Below, piece by piece: positions 31,840-41,553 of a DNA stretch of 64,000 nucleotides. Position 1 is the stretch's first letter. Every line of letters starts with the position of its first letter. Both the position numbers and the translations under genes were made by a program. The stretch comes from Phycisphaerales bacterium (lineage in GTDB: Bacteria > Planctomycetota > Phycisphaerae > WQYP01), in the NCBI GenBank assembly GCA_027451365.1, contig DAIDJN010000054.1, positions 36,333 to 100,332 on the forward strand, given 5' to 3'. The notes under the pieces are model-generated. The model searched no databases, had not been told where the DNA came from, and saw only the letters and a list, made by a program, of their open reading frames with translations.

Positions 31840-32439
31840 ATGATTTTGCTGATCGACAACTACGATTCGTTTACTTACAACCTCGTGCAGCGCATCGGCG
31901 AGATTGCCGCGGATATTCCCATCCGGGTTATTCGCAATGACAAAATCACCATTCCGGAAATTGAAGCCCTTCATCCGGCAAAAATTATTATTTCACCCGG
32001 TCCGTGCACACCGCGCCAAGCCGGCATAAGCAATGACATTCTGCCGCATTTTGCGCCGCGCATTCCCATTCTGGGTGTCTGCCTGGGCCACCAGTGCATT
32101 GGGCATGCGTTTGGCGCAGTGGTGGAGCGCAACTGGCGGCTCATGCACGGCAAAACATCGCCCGTGTTTCATGACAATCTTGGCGTGTTCGCCGGCCTGA
32201 CCAATCCGTTCCAGGCGGCCCGTTACCACAGTCTGGTCATCCGGCCCGGAACGCTTTCACCAGACTTTATCGTATCCGCGTGGACTCAAGAAAACGAAAT
32301 TATGGGAGTGCGGCATAAATTCTGGCCGCTGCACGGCGTGCAGTTCCATCCGGAGAGTTTTTTAACTCCGGAAGGCTATACCCTGCTGGATAATTTTTTG
32401 AAAATGCCGACTCCCGCGGTCGCCACGGCGGCGGTTTGA
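31840..32439 (+). CDS. trpG: Anthranilate/aminodeoxychorismate synthase component II (glutamine amidotransferase)
   Basis: IDNYDSFTYN, SPGP, GVCLGHQ, RYHSL and QFHPES motifs. Cannot be distinguished from pabA. Confidence 0.9.
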   Translation: MILLIDNYDSFTYNLVQRIGEIAADIPIRVIRNDKITIPEIEALHPAKIIISPGPCTPRQAGISNDILPHFAPRIPILGVCLGHQCIGHAFGAVVERNWRLMHGKTSPVFHDNLGVFAGLTNPFQAARYHSLVIRPGTLSPDFIVSAWTQENEIMGVRHKFWPLHGVQFHPESFLTPEGYTLLDNFLKMPTPAVATAAV

Positions 32440-32496
32440 ACCGCTGGCGTGAAGCGGCCTTCCAAACTCAACCGCCTTCTGAAAGTTGTTTTGACC

Positions 32497-33405
32497 ATGA
32501 TTCCCGACCGAAGCCATATCCACACAGAGCAACGCAATCCGGAATCCGACCAATTGGACCGTCTTTCCACGCGCGATGCGGTGCTTCTGATGAACCGCGC
32601 CGATCAGCAGGCCGTCGCCGCAGTCGCTGAACAGGCCGACCAAATTGCGATAGCCGTTGATTTTGCCGCGACTGCCCTGGCCCGTGGCGGCCGATTGATA
32701 TATGTCGGTGCCGGCACCAGCGGACGGCTTGGCGTGCTGGATGCCGCCGAATGCCCGCCTACATTTTCACTTGAACCTGGCCGGGTGGTCGCCATTATTG
32801 CCGGTGGTGCGGCGGCGCTGACCACTTCAATTGAAAATGTGGAGGATGAAGCGGCCCGCGGCCAGCGAGCCATTCTGGATCAGCAGACCGGCCCGGATGA
32901 TGTGGTCTTGGGAATTGCCGCGGGGGGCACCACGCCGTTTGTTCATGGTGCCATTGCGCAGGGCCGCCAGAGCGGCGCAAAAACAATCTTCCTGGCCTGC
33001 ACCGACCGCCAGCACATCACCGCCGAGGCGGATCTGTATATCTGCCTTGCGACCGGTCCGGAAGTCATTACCGGTTCCACACGGCTGAAAGCGGGCACCG
33101 CAACCAAGCTTGTGCTGAATACCATTTCCACGCTGGCCATGGTGAAACTCGGGAAAGTTTTCGGCAATCTGATGGTGGATCTGGACGCATCCAAAAATAC
33201 CAAACTCCGCGACCGCGCCGCGCGGATTATCCAACACATTACCCGTCTGGAACGCAATGAATCGCTGGAATTGCTGCAGGCTGCCGGGGGAAAGGTCAAA
33301 CGCGGTCTGGTCATGCACCTGCGCGGTGTGACCGCGGACGAAGCGGATAAAATTCTGATCGCCGCCCATGGGCGGCTTTCCAGTATTATTGTCGCCAAAT
33401 CATGA
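32497..33405 (+). CDS. murQ: N-acetylmuramic acid 6-phosphate etherase
   Basis: TEQRNP, GAGTSGRLGVLDAAECPPTF, GPEVITGSTRLKAGTATK and GNLMVD motifs. Confidence 0.97.
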   Translation: MIPDRSHIHTEQRNPESDQLDRLSTRDAVLLMNRADQQAVAAVAEQADQIAIAVDFAATALARGGRLIYVGAGTSGRLGVLDAAECPPTFSLEPGRVVAIIAGGAAALTTSIENVEDEAARGQRAILDQQTGPDDVVLGIAAGGTTPFVHGAIAQGRQSGAKTIFLACTDRQHITAEADLYICLATGPEVITGSTRLKAGTATKLVLNTISTLAMVKLGKVFGNLMVDLDASKNTKLRDRAARIIQHITRLERNESLELLQAAGGKVKRGLVMHLRGVTADEADKILIAAHGRLSSIIVAKS

Positions 33406-33538
33406 TGGGGGTCGCATTCCGGTGGCAGGTCTGGCCGAGCCACACTGGCCCAAGTTATCGCAATTCCGGTAAACTGCCATTTTGAGCGGCCCGTCCGTCG
33501 GGGCCTGGCAAAATGTTTCTTTCGTGTGGAGCCTGGCG

Positions 33539-34051
33539 ATGTCGAACCATCTGTTCTGGAATATTCTGATGCGCTGGACGCATATTTCTTCAGCCATTCT
33601 GCTGATTGGTGCCGTTGCGTTCATGCGGTTTTTCCTTGTGCCGGCGATGGCCTCGATGCCCGCGGATCAGCAGCGGGAATTGTGGAACCGAATCAACAAA
33701 CCGTGGCGGATGGCGCTGGGCATTGCCATTCTTGCGCAGATCGGGTCTGGAATCTACTGGCTGCTGGCAGTCATTGACACACCGGACAAAACATCGGTCT
33801 GGCAGATGGTGTTTGGCATTAAAATGCTTGCGGCCTTCTTCTTTTTCTTCCTTATTTCCGTCCTCGCCGGCCGTGCGCCGATGTTCGATCGCTTCCGCCA
33901 GGAAAATCGCCGCTGGCTTAGCGTGACGCTGATTCTTGGGGCCATGATTGTGGCCTGTGCCGCAGCCCTTTACCTGATGCCCGATCGTGCCAACACGTTG
34001 CCTGCGGTGCATGGCAGCGCGACCATTCCGCTGCCCGCCGGCGGTGCGTAA
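33539..34051 (+). CDS. Four-TM membrane protein (CopD/DUF4149-like)
   Basis: RWTHI...LIGA..F...P pattern, FGIKML, four hydrophobic helices. Confidence 0.65.
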   Translation: MSNHLFWNILMRWTHISSAILLIGAVAFMRFFLVPAMASMPADQQRELWNRINKPWRMALGIAILAQIGSGIYWLLAVIDTPDKTSVWQMVFGIKMLAAFFFFFLISVLAGRAPMFDRFRQENRRWLSVTLILGAMIVACAAALYLMPDRANTLPAVHGSATIPLPAGGA

Positions 34052-34617
34052 AAGTCCGGCCACATCGGGTTCTGACGGTGCCCGCCGATTGTGCTGGTGA
34101 CTTTCGACCCAGTCTGGCGGCCACAGAGACGAGCCTTATGTCAGGCGCGAATGCTTTTTTCGGCCTTTTACAGGTATGAATATGGCACGTCGTGGGCCGC
34201 GCAAACCGCGTTTCCAACCCGATGGCCAGGACTGGCCGGCAGAGCCACAGGCCACCGGCAGGTCCGAAAACCGCCCGAAATTTCCGGAATCCGGTCTTCT
34301 GCCTTTTGACACTAGCGGCCGCTGGTCTATAATCCGGCTTTTGGAGCGGGAGCCGGTTGCCGGCGCGCCCGGGGGCGGGTCAGCCCTTGGCGGCCATTTT
34401 GGTTGGTTCCGCGGCGCGTTTCGCCGGGGGTTGGCGGTAACCCATGAACATGCGATAATACCGTCCCGGCGGGATGCTGGCGGGCAGGACAGGCTTGGGC
34501 CTGATCGATATGTTGCATACAACCCGTTAAGCCGTGGCGGTCTCCACGGGCTGCGTCTCGGACGTTTGACGGCGTGGTTGGTAGGATCATTTTTCTCTCA
34601 CCCTTTCGGAGGCGTCT

Positions 34618-36921
34618 ATGGTATTCAGATGTTCCCGGTGGCCGGTTGCAACACGTGCTCTGGCGGATGGCGTTCCCCATTTGACGGATTCATCCCGCAC
34701 ACCATCGCGAACCGGCCTCCGGCAGTCGGTGGGCGCGGCGCTCATTGCGGCGGTGGTTTCATCGGCGGCGCTTTTTGGCGGACTTTCATCTAACGCGTTC
34801 GGTCAGGCCGACCCGCTGGCTGGTCAGCAGGCCTCGCATAAGCTGATCAATCAGGCTGATCTGTTCATGCATTATTCCCTTATGGGCAATCAGACCCTCG
34901 CCCACGATTTTGGTGCCGCGGTGCTGCAGGCTGGTCCCACGCCGGTACAAACGCTGCGAGCTTTTGAAAGAGCCGCCAACGGCCGCCATATCATGGAAAT
35001 AATTCTGGCCGATGAGCAGAATCCAAAACTCAAAAGCGTGGCCATGAAACTCGGCAAGCTGATCAATCAGGGCTACATCGCTCTGGCTAGAGACCCATTC
35101 CGCATTCGCCAGGCGATATTGGCCATGGGCAAAAGCCCGCAGGCCTATGTCGTTTCCCGTTCGCGTTTACGCGCTGCGGGCGAATTTGCCGGTCCCTACT
35201 TTTTTCATTTCCTGGGCCGACCCGCCGACAAGGACATGCAGCCATATCTTGTTCAGATGATGAGTGATCTGGGTAAGCCTCTGGTCAATCCGCTTGTGCA
35301 GGAATTGCAGGTAACTCCGGTTGCGGAAAAAGTTCAGATTATTCAGGTGCTGGGCAACATTGGTTACCCGCAGGCGATGGCCTATATCAAACAACTCCTT
35401 GAATCGCCATCCAGCCCCATTGCCGTCAAGGATGCCGCCCGTGCGGCCCTGGCGAAACTGGACCCGACCGGTCAATTCGCCTCCATGACTCCGGCCCAAT
35501 TGTATATGCGGCTGGCCTGGTCGTATTTCCATAACGAACCGTCGGTATCGCCCAATCAGCCGGATGAAGCGACCAACCCCGTCTGGTATTTTGACCCGGC
35601 ACTGCAAAACGTCACCGGCGTGGAAGTTCCCACCCCGATCTGGAAAGATATCCAAACCATGCGTGCCTGCGAGGCCGCTCTGCAACTGGATCCTCACAAC
35701 AGTCAGGCCATCAGCCTCTGGATTACCGCCAACCTGCGGCGCGAAGTCAATTTACCCTCGGGTCAGATCGACCCAACCCGCAAGGCGGGCGCTCCAGATG
35801 CGGGCTACTACGCCGTTGCCGCCGGGCCGCGGTACCTTAACTCGGCGCTGACTTATGCACTGCAGGAAGAAAACAGCGCCCTGATCCTCAAGGTTATCGC
35901 CGCACTTGCCCAAACTGGGGGCGTGCAGGGGCTGGTCGGCTCTGGCCGGCACACCACCCCATTGCTTGATGCCATGACCTATCCCGATCCGCTGGTCCGT
36001 TTCGCGGCCGCTTCGGCTTTAGCCAAGGCTAATCCGGCGGCCACCTTCAATGGTGCGTACCGTGTTGTGCCCGTGCTGTCCGAGGCCATTGCCCAGTCCA
36101 GCAAACCGACTCTGCTGCTGGTCAATCCCAGCAATCAGATACGCAATCAGGTGAAGGGTGAGCTTCGCGCCCAGTTCCATGTCATTGACGGCTCGACTGT
36201 CGCACAAGCAATGAATCAGGCTCGTGATGTTCCCTATCTTGGTCTGGTGATTGTGCCAGGCGGAGTCCAGGCCAATCAGCTTATAAGCCTGGCGGCCACC
36301 GACGACCGGCTGCGTTACACGCCGGTTCTGGTTACCGGAAGTGCCTCTGAATTAACCAAAGCCCATCTGGATTATGTTCAATTCCGTACGTTTGGTGTCG
36401 TGCCGAATGGGGCGGGTGAACAGACCATTATTTCGCGTTACCATGCCATTCTCAAACGGCTTGGCAGCATGACGCCATCGTCTGGTCAGGCCATGCGGCT
36501 AAGCATTGCCGCCGCCGATCTGCTTAAGAGCATGGCCCAAAACCGGGCCAGCATATTCAATGTGAACGTGGCACTGCCCGCACTGAATCAGGCGTTGCAC
36601 AATCAGCACAACCGGGTTGTGGTTGCGGCCGCCGCTGTGCTCGGCTATGTACGGAACCCCAAGGCACAGCTGATGCTGGCGCGTGCATCGCTCAACAGTT
36701 CCTCGGCCCCCGCGGCCGTGCAGCAGCGACTGTTTAATGATTTGGCCACATCGGCCCGCAACGTCGGGAATCATCTGAATTCCGCCCAGGTGAACAGTCT
36801 GATTCAGGTGGTCGCCACCGAATCAGACCCGAAAGTCCAGATTGCCGCCGCCGCCGCGCTGGGCGCACTGAATGTGCCGAGCAACCAGGCTTCCAAATTG
36901 ATTCGTGGACAAATCCGCTGA
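34618..36921 (+). CDS. Exported HEAT-repeat protein
   Basis: N-terminal hydrophobic segment; HEAT-like repeats (DPLVRFAAASALA, DPKVQIAAAAALG); GGAGG RBS. Confidence 0.75.
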   Translation: MVFRCSRWPVATRALADGVPHLTDSSRTPSRTGLRQSVGAALIAAVVSSAALFGGLSSNAFGQADPLAGQQASHKLINQADLFMHYSLMGNQTLAHDFGAAVLQAGPTPVQTLRAFERAANGRHIMEIILADEQNPKLKSVAMKLGKLINQGYIALARDPFRIRQAILAMGKSPQAYVVSRSRLRAAGEFAGPYFFHFLGRPADKDMQPYLVQMMSDLGKPLVNPLVQELQVTPVAEKVQIIQVLGNIGYPQAMAYIKQLLESPSSPIAVKDAARAALAKLDPTGQFASMTPAQLYMRLAWSYFHNEPSVSPNQPDEATNPVWYFDPALQNVTGVEVPTPIWKDIQTMRACEAALQLDPHNSQAISLWITANLRREVNLPSGQIDPTRKAGAPDAGYYAVAAGPRYLNSALTYALQEENSALILKVIAALAQTGGVQGLVGSGRHTTPLLDAMTYPDPLVRFAAASALAKANPAATFNGAYRVVPVLSEAIAQSSKPTLLLVNPSNQIRNQVKGELRAQFHVIDGSTVAQAMNQARDVPYLGLVIVPGGVQANQLISLAATDDRLRYTPVLVTGSASELTKAHLDYVQFRTFGVVPNGAGEQTIISRYHAILKRLGSMTPSSGQAMRLSIAAADLLKSMAQNRASIFNVNVALPALNQALHNQHNRVVVAAAAVLGYVRNPKAQLMLARASLNSSSAPAAVQQRLFNDLATSARNVGNHLNSAQVNSLIQVVATESDPKVQIAAAAALGALNVPSNQASKLIRGQIR

Positions 36922-36968
36922 ATAATTCCGGCGGAAGGTCGACCCGCCGAATGATTCTTAACGTATGC

Positions 36969-37006
36969 CCGCCGCACCATTCCTGATGGTGCGGCGGCTT
37001 TTTTTT
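36969..37006 (+). terminator. Rho-independent terminator
   Basis: 12-bp stem CCGCCGCACCAT / ATGGTGCGGCGG with a 5-nt loop, followed by C and T8, after the HEAT gene. Confidence 0.9.
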
Positions 37007-37115
37007 ACCCGTCGGGCACGGCCGACCCGCAATGGCCGCGGAAAGATTTTACGGAAATAATTTCTGATCGCGCCGCCGTCTGCGGCTTCATTCGACCGGC
37101 CGCGTCCGCGATGGC

Positions 37116-37619
37116 TCAGGTGTCGTTGAACATATCCGACTGGCTGGGATCTTCTGTGCGGGCCTTTTCGATGACATTCTGGGCTTCGTTCATCAATTCG
37201 CCGAGGTCTTTAAACTGGCGATACACGGAGGCGAATCGTACATAGGCAATCTGGTCCGTCTGGCGCAGAAATTCCATCACCTTTTCCCCGATAAAGCTGC
37301 TGGGGACTTCCCGCTGGAATTCCCGCGCGATAGTCTCTTCCACCGAATCGACAAGTCGGGCAATGATCTCCGCGGATACCGGCCGTTTGTAACAGGCTTT
37401 CTGAATTCCATCGGCAATCGCATTGCGGTTAAATGGCACACGCGATCCATCCTTTTTCACAACCGTCAGCCGGACGGTTTCCTCTATTCGCTCATAGGTG
37501 GTGTATCGTCGGTTGCAGTGATCACAGGCGCGCCGGCGACGGATTGCATCGCCGCCCTCCACCGGACGGGAATCTATCACACGGTCTTCATCAGTGTTGT
37601 GGCAGAATGGACAACGCAC
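37116..37619 (-). CDS. nrdR: Transcriptional repressor NrdR
   Basis: CPFC, VIDSR, IRRRRAC..C, ATP cone and AYVRFASVY. Confidence 0.97.
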   Translation of the reverse strand: MRCPFCHNTDEDRVIDSRPVEGGDAIRRRRACDHCNRRYTTYERIEETVRLTVVKKDGSRVPFNRNAIADGIQKACYKRPVSAEIIARLVDSVEETIAREFQREVPSSFIGEKVMEFLRQTDQIAYVRFASVYRQFKDLGELMNEAQNVIEKARTEDPSQSDMFNDT

Positions 37620-37836
37620 GCAAAATTCCGGAAAAACAGGACATAATCCCGCCGTACCGCGCGGCGGTGATCCGCAGAAACCTGAAGATTACGCGCACGG
37701 ACCGCATGCGTCAATTCCATGGCACCGCACGCTGGTTCAAAGTCCGTGGCCACGATGAATTGTTATCCTGCCTGCCGGGCATATAATCGGTGCGAATGCG
37801 GCATGTTCTGGCGAAACTTTTTGGAGGAAATCACTC

Positions 37837-38865
37837 ATGAAGGCTCTCATCAAGCCCTGTGCGGCGGTGGGTCTGGAACTGACGGATCAGCCAATGCCGA
37901 CGTGCGGCACCCATGATGTTTTAATAAAGGTCTTGAAAACCGGCATCTGCGGGACAGACCTGCATATTTACAATTGGGATGCCTGGGCGGCACGCACCAT
38001 TCACGCGCCCATGGTCATTGGCCATGAATTTGTCGGCCGCATTGTCGCGGTGGGTTCGCAGGTTCACGATTTTACAATTGGCGAACTGGTCAGCGGCGAA
38101 GGACACGTGGTGTGCGGCCGCTGCAGAAACTGTCTGGCAGGCCGCCGGCATCTGTGCAAAAGCACCAGCGGCATCGGGGTAAACCGACCGGGTGCCTTTG
38201 CCGAATATATTTCCGTTCCGGTCAGCAATGTCTGGGCACATGATCCCGCGGTCCCGCTGGATATCGCCGCCATTTTTGACCCGTTTGGAAACGCTGTTCA
38301 CACCGCCCTGTGTTTTGACGTGCTGGGCGAGGACGTGCTGATCACCGGGGCCGGACCGATCGGTCTGATGGCCGCCGCCGTGGTGCGTCATGCCGGCGCG
38401 CGGCATGTGGTGGTGACGGATGTCAACCCGTTCCGCCTGGCGATGGCGGCGCGCATGGGCGCGATTCCGTTGGATGTCCGCACGGAAAACCTGGCTGAAT
38501 GTCAGCGGCGACTCGGTATGAAGGAAGGGTTCGATGTCGGCCTGGAAATGTCGGGGAATCCGCAGGCATTTCGCGATATGCTGACGAACATGTGTCACGG
38601 CGGAAAAATTGCCATGCTGGGCATTCCCGAAAAGGAAATGGCCATCGACTGGAACATCGTGATTTTCAACATGCTTACCATTCACGGAATTTATGGCCGG
38701 GAAATGTACGAAACCTGGTACAAAATGACCACCATGCTGCAATCCGGCCTGGATATTTCGCCGGTGATCACGCACCGCCTGCATTACACAGATTTTGAAC
38801 AGGGTTTCGCAGCCATGCGCGCCGGCCAGAGCGGCAAAGTCATTCTTACCTGGGCGGAAGATTGA
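37837..38865 (+). CDS. tdh: L-threonine 3-dehydrogenase
   Basis: [36 protein letters not shown] and GREMYETWY motifs. Confidence 0.97.
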   Translation: MKALIKPCAAVGLELTDQPMPTCGTHDVLIKVLKTGICGTDLHIYNWDAWAARTIHAPMVIGHEFVGRIVAVGSQVHDFTIGELVSGEGHVVCGRCRNCLAGRRHLCKSTSGIGVNRPGAFAEYISVPVSNVWAHDPAVPLDIAAIFDPFGNAVHTALCFDVLGEDVLITGAGPIGLMAAAVVRHAGARHVVVTDVNPFRLAMAARMGAIPLDVRTENLAECQRRLGMKEGFDVGLEMSGNPQAFRDMLTNMCHGGKIAMLGIPEKEMAIDWNIVIFNMLTIHGIYGREMYETWYKMTTMLQSGLDISPVITHRLHYTDFEQGFAAMRAGQSGKVILTWAED

Positions 38866-38887
38866 ATTGACTATTCCGGAGCTTCCC

Positions 38888-40075
38888 ATGATGCCACAAC
38901 CCTTTGAAACCCATTTGGCCCGGCGGCTGGATGAACTGCGCGGCCAGGGTCTGGAAAAACTTGAGCTGCCTCTGGAAACGCCGCAGGGTAAGGATGTCAC
39001 AATTCCCGGCCATGCGGATATGCTGAACCTGTGCGCCAATAATTATCTTGGTCTGGCGAACCATCCGGATATTATTGCCGCGGCATCTGCGGCGTTGCAT
39101 CGCTGGGGGTATGGCACCGCGTCGGTGCGGTTTATCTGCGGGACGCAGCAGATTCACCAGGAACTCGAAGCGGCGGTCAGCGGGTTTCTTCATACGGACG
39201 CCACGATTCTGTATTCATCCTGCTTTGACGCCAACGGCGGTCTGTTTGAAACGCTGCTGGATTCCCAGGATGCCATCATCAGTGATGAACTGAATCACGC
39301 ATCCATTATCGATGGCATTCGCCTGTGCAAGGCCCAGCGCTACCGTTACCGCAACAATGACATGACAGAACTCGAGACCCGGCTGCGCGAAGCCGCGGCG
39401 GCGGGTGCCAGATTTATACTGATCGCGACCGACGGCGTGTTTTCCATGGATGGCCGCATCGCCGATCTTGGGGCCATTTGCGATCTTGCCCAGCGGCACA
39501 ATGCCATCGTGATGGTGGATGATTCCCACGCGGTCGGCTTTATGGGGGCGGGTGGCCGGGGAACGCACGAATACCACAACGTGATGGATCGGGTGGATAT
39601 TCTGACGGGAACCTTTGGTAAAGCTCTGGGCGGAGGTGGCGGAGGTTATGTCAGCGGAAAGCGGCGGATTATTGATATTCTGCGGCAACGTTCGCGGCCT
39701 TACCTGTTCAGCAATTCCATATTGCCGGCTGTGGCTGCGGCAAGTCTGGCCGCGCTGCGCCTCGTTGAAACATCCGCGGAATGGCGGCGGCGACTTTGGG
39801 AAAATACCGCGTTTTTTCGCGAGGCGATGGCGGCGGCCGGTTTTGATGTTATTCCCGGTACGCATCCGATTGTGCCCATTATGTTCGGCGATGCGCAAAT
39901 TGCCACGCGCATGGCGCGGGAAGTTATCCAATGCGGTGTTCTGGTAACCGCGTTCAGCTTTCCGGTGGTTCCACAGGGAAAGGCCCGTATCCGCACTCAG
40001 GTTTCCGCCGCACACAGCCAACCGGATCTGCAGCGCGCCGTGAATGCGTTTATCGCGGCGCGCAGTCGAATCTGA
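38888..40075 (+). CDS. kbl: Glycine C-acetyltransferase (2-amino-3-ketobutyrate CoA ligase)
   Basis: [39 protein letters not shown] and RPYLFSNS; follows tdh. Confidence 0.97.
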   Translation: MMPQPFETHLARRLDELRGQGLEKLELPLETPQGKDVTIPGHADMLNLCANNYLGLANHPDIIAAASAALHRWGYGTASVRFICGTQQIHQELEAAVSGFLHTDATILYSSCFDANGGLFETLLDSQDAIISDELNHASIIDGIRLCKAQRYRYRNNDMTELETRLREAAAAGARFILIATDGVFSMDGRIADLGAICDLAQRHNAIVMVDDSHAVGFMGAGGRGTHEYHNVMDRVDILTGTFGKALGGGGGGYVSGKRRIIDILRQRSRPYLFSNSILPAVAAASLAALRLVETSAEWRRRLWENTAFFREAMAAAGFDVIPGTHPIVPIMFGDAQIATRMAREVIQCGVLVTAFSFPVVPQGKARIRTQVSAAHSQPDLQRAVNAFIAARSRI

Positions 40076-40127
40076 AATTGCAATGCCGCCAGGGCGTTTC
40101 AGACCGTCGCCCGCGGGCACTGCGATA

Positions 40128-41285
40128 TCAGCCGCCCGTGACGACGGCAAACTGTTTCAAAGCGGATCCGCGCCATAGTTCTATAGACATATGTGTTCCT
40201 GGTGCTGAAAATTCAATTCGGTTGCGCAGCTGGGCCACCCGATGAATCTTTCGCCCATTTAATGCGACTATCACATCTCCCGTACGCAAACCCGCGTTCC
40301 ATGCCGGCGAGTTCTTGGTTACCTGTACCACCCGCAGTCCGGTCAACAGCGTGGTGACGCCGGGTTTGGGATTCTGGATGGTCACCTCCTGAATGCGGCA
40401 GCCCAAACGGCCATGTTTCACATGGCCCGTGTGAATCAGTTGCGCCGTCACGAAGCGGACCTCGGCGGCGGGAATCACGAATCCAATGCCGTTAAAACCG
40501 CCCCCGCCGCCGGATTTAATGGACTCATTAATTCCAATCACCTGCCCGCGCATATTCACCAGCGCGCCGCCGGAACTGCCGGGGTCGGTGGGGGCGTCGG
40601 TCTGTATGAAGTTTTCATGAGACATAAGTTTAATCTGCGGGTCATCCGCCGATGTGACCCGATTGTTGCGCCGATGCAGGGCGGAAATAATACCGTGTGT
40701 CATGCTTTGCGTCAGGCGGAAAGGAGACCCGAAATCCAGCACGCGCTGGCCAGGTTGAAGCTGGCTGGAATGCCCCAGTCGGGCGGGCTTCAAATGGGGT
40801 GCGTCGATTTGAATCACGGCCAGATCCGCCACCGGGTCTGTGCCGACAATTTTCGCCTGATACGTCCGCCGGTCCGCCAGTACCACTTGAATGCTGGTCG
40901 CGTCGTAGACCACGTGGGCATTCGTGACAATGCAGCCCGCGGTGTTCAGAATAACGCCGCTGCCCACATTGCTGGTGCGCACTTTGGTGGTCACGGTTTT
41001 TTCCACGGTACGGCCGATTGGTTGCGGATGTCCCAACAGCTTTTTGGTGGTGGTGGTGATGACCTTTCGCACAATGGTTTTCAGGGCCAGCGCGCGAATT
41101 TCCACCACGCTTTCGCGGACGTTCCGGCAGACCGTTTCATAGTTTGATGAATAGTCCGAACCGGATGAAGGCGGATTGGCCGCCACGCGCGCCGGCGCGG
41201 GTTGAATGGCAACCCAAAGCGCTCCGCACAAAATGCCGATAGCCGACGCCCGGAGCCATGGGAAACGTTCCAAAACCAGTCTCAT
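40128..41285 (-). CDS. HtrA/DegP-family serine protease with one PDZ domain
   Basis: GSGVI, TNAHVV, DLAVI and IQTDAPTDPGSSGG, followed by a PDZ domain (SPAWNAGLRTGDVI). Confidence 0.92.
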   Translation of the reverse strand: MRLVLERFPWLRASAIGILCGALWVAIQPAPARVAANPPSSGSDYSSNYETVCRNVRESVVEIRALALKTIVRKVITTTTKKLLGHPQPIGRTVEKTVTTKVRTSNVGSGVILNTAGCIVTNAHVVYDATSIQVVLADRRTYQAKIVGTDPVADLAVIQIDAPHLKPARLGHSSQLQPGQRVLDFGSPFRLTQSMTHGIISALHRRNNRVTSADDPQIKLMSHENFIQTDAPTDPGSSGGALVNMRGQVIGINESIKSGGGGGFNGIGFVIPAAEVRFVTAQLIHTGHVKHGRLGCRIQEVTIQNPKPGVTTLLTGLRVVQVTKNSPAWNAGLRTGDVIVALNGRKIHRVAQLRNRIEFSAPGTHMSIELWRGSALKQFAVVTGG

Positions 41286-41553
41286 GTAGAACTCCTGACA
41301 TATGCTCGTCAAAGCAGCCCGTTTATACAGGCCAAAACGCCGTGCGCAAATTGTATAAATGCGGCGATAATTCAGTGCCGCGCAGACCGCAGCCCCACTA
41401 ACGTTGCCGCTGGTACGGTTTATCCTTCAACTTTTTTTAAAAAGCGGATCGTCCGGCCGGTGGCTGGCATCGGGCCTCTTTGGTGGCCGGGTGTCGGGCG
41501 CGTTGCAACGCCCGTCGTTTGCCGTCAATCGTCCAGTCAGAGCCTGGTCGCCA

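Noticed and set aside
40560..40610. HtrA active-site variant TDPGSSGG as an inactive protease
   Set aside because: The catalytic His, Asp and Ser are all present; only neighbouring residues differ from INPGNSGG.
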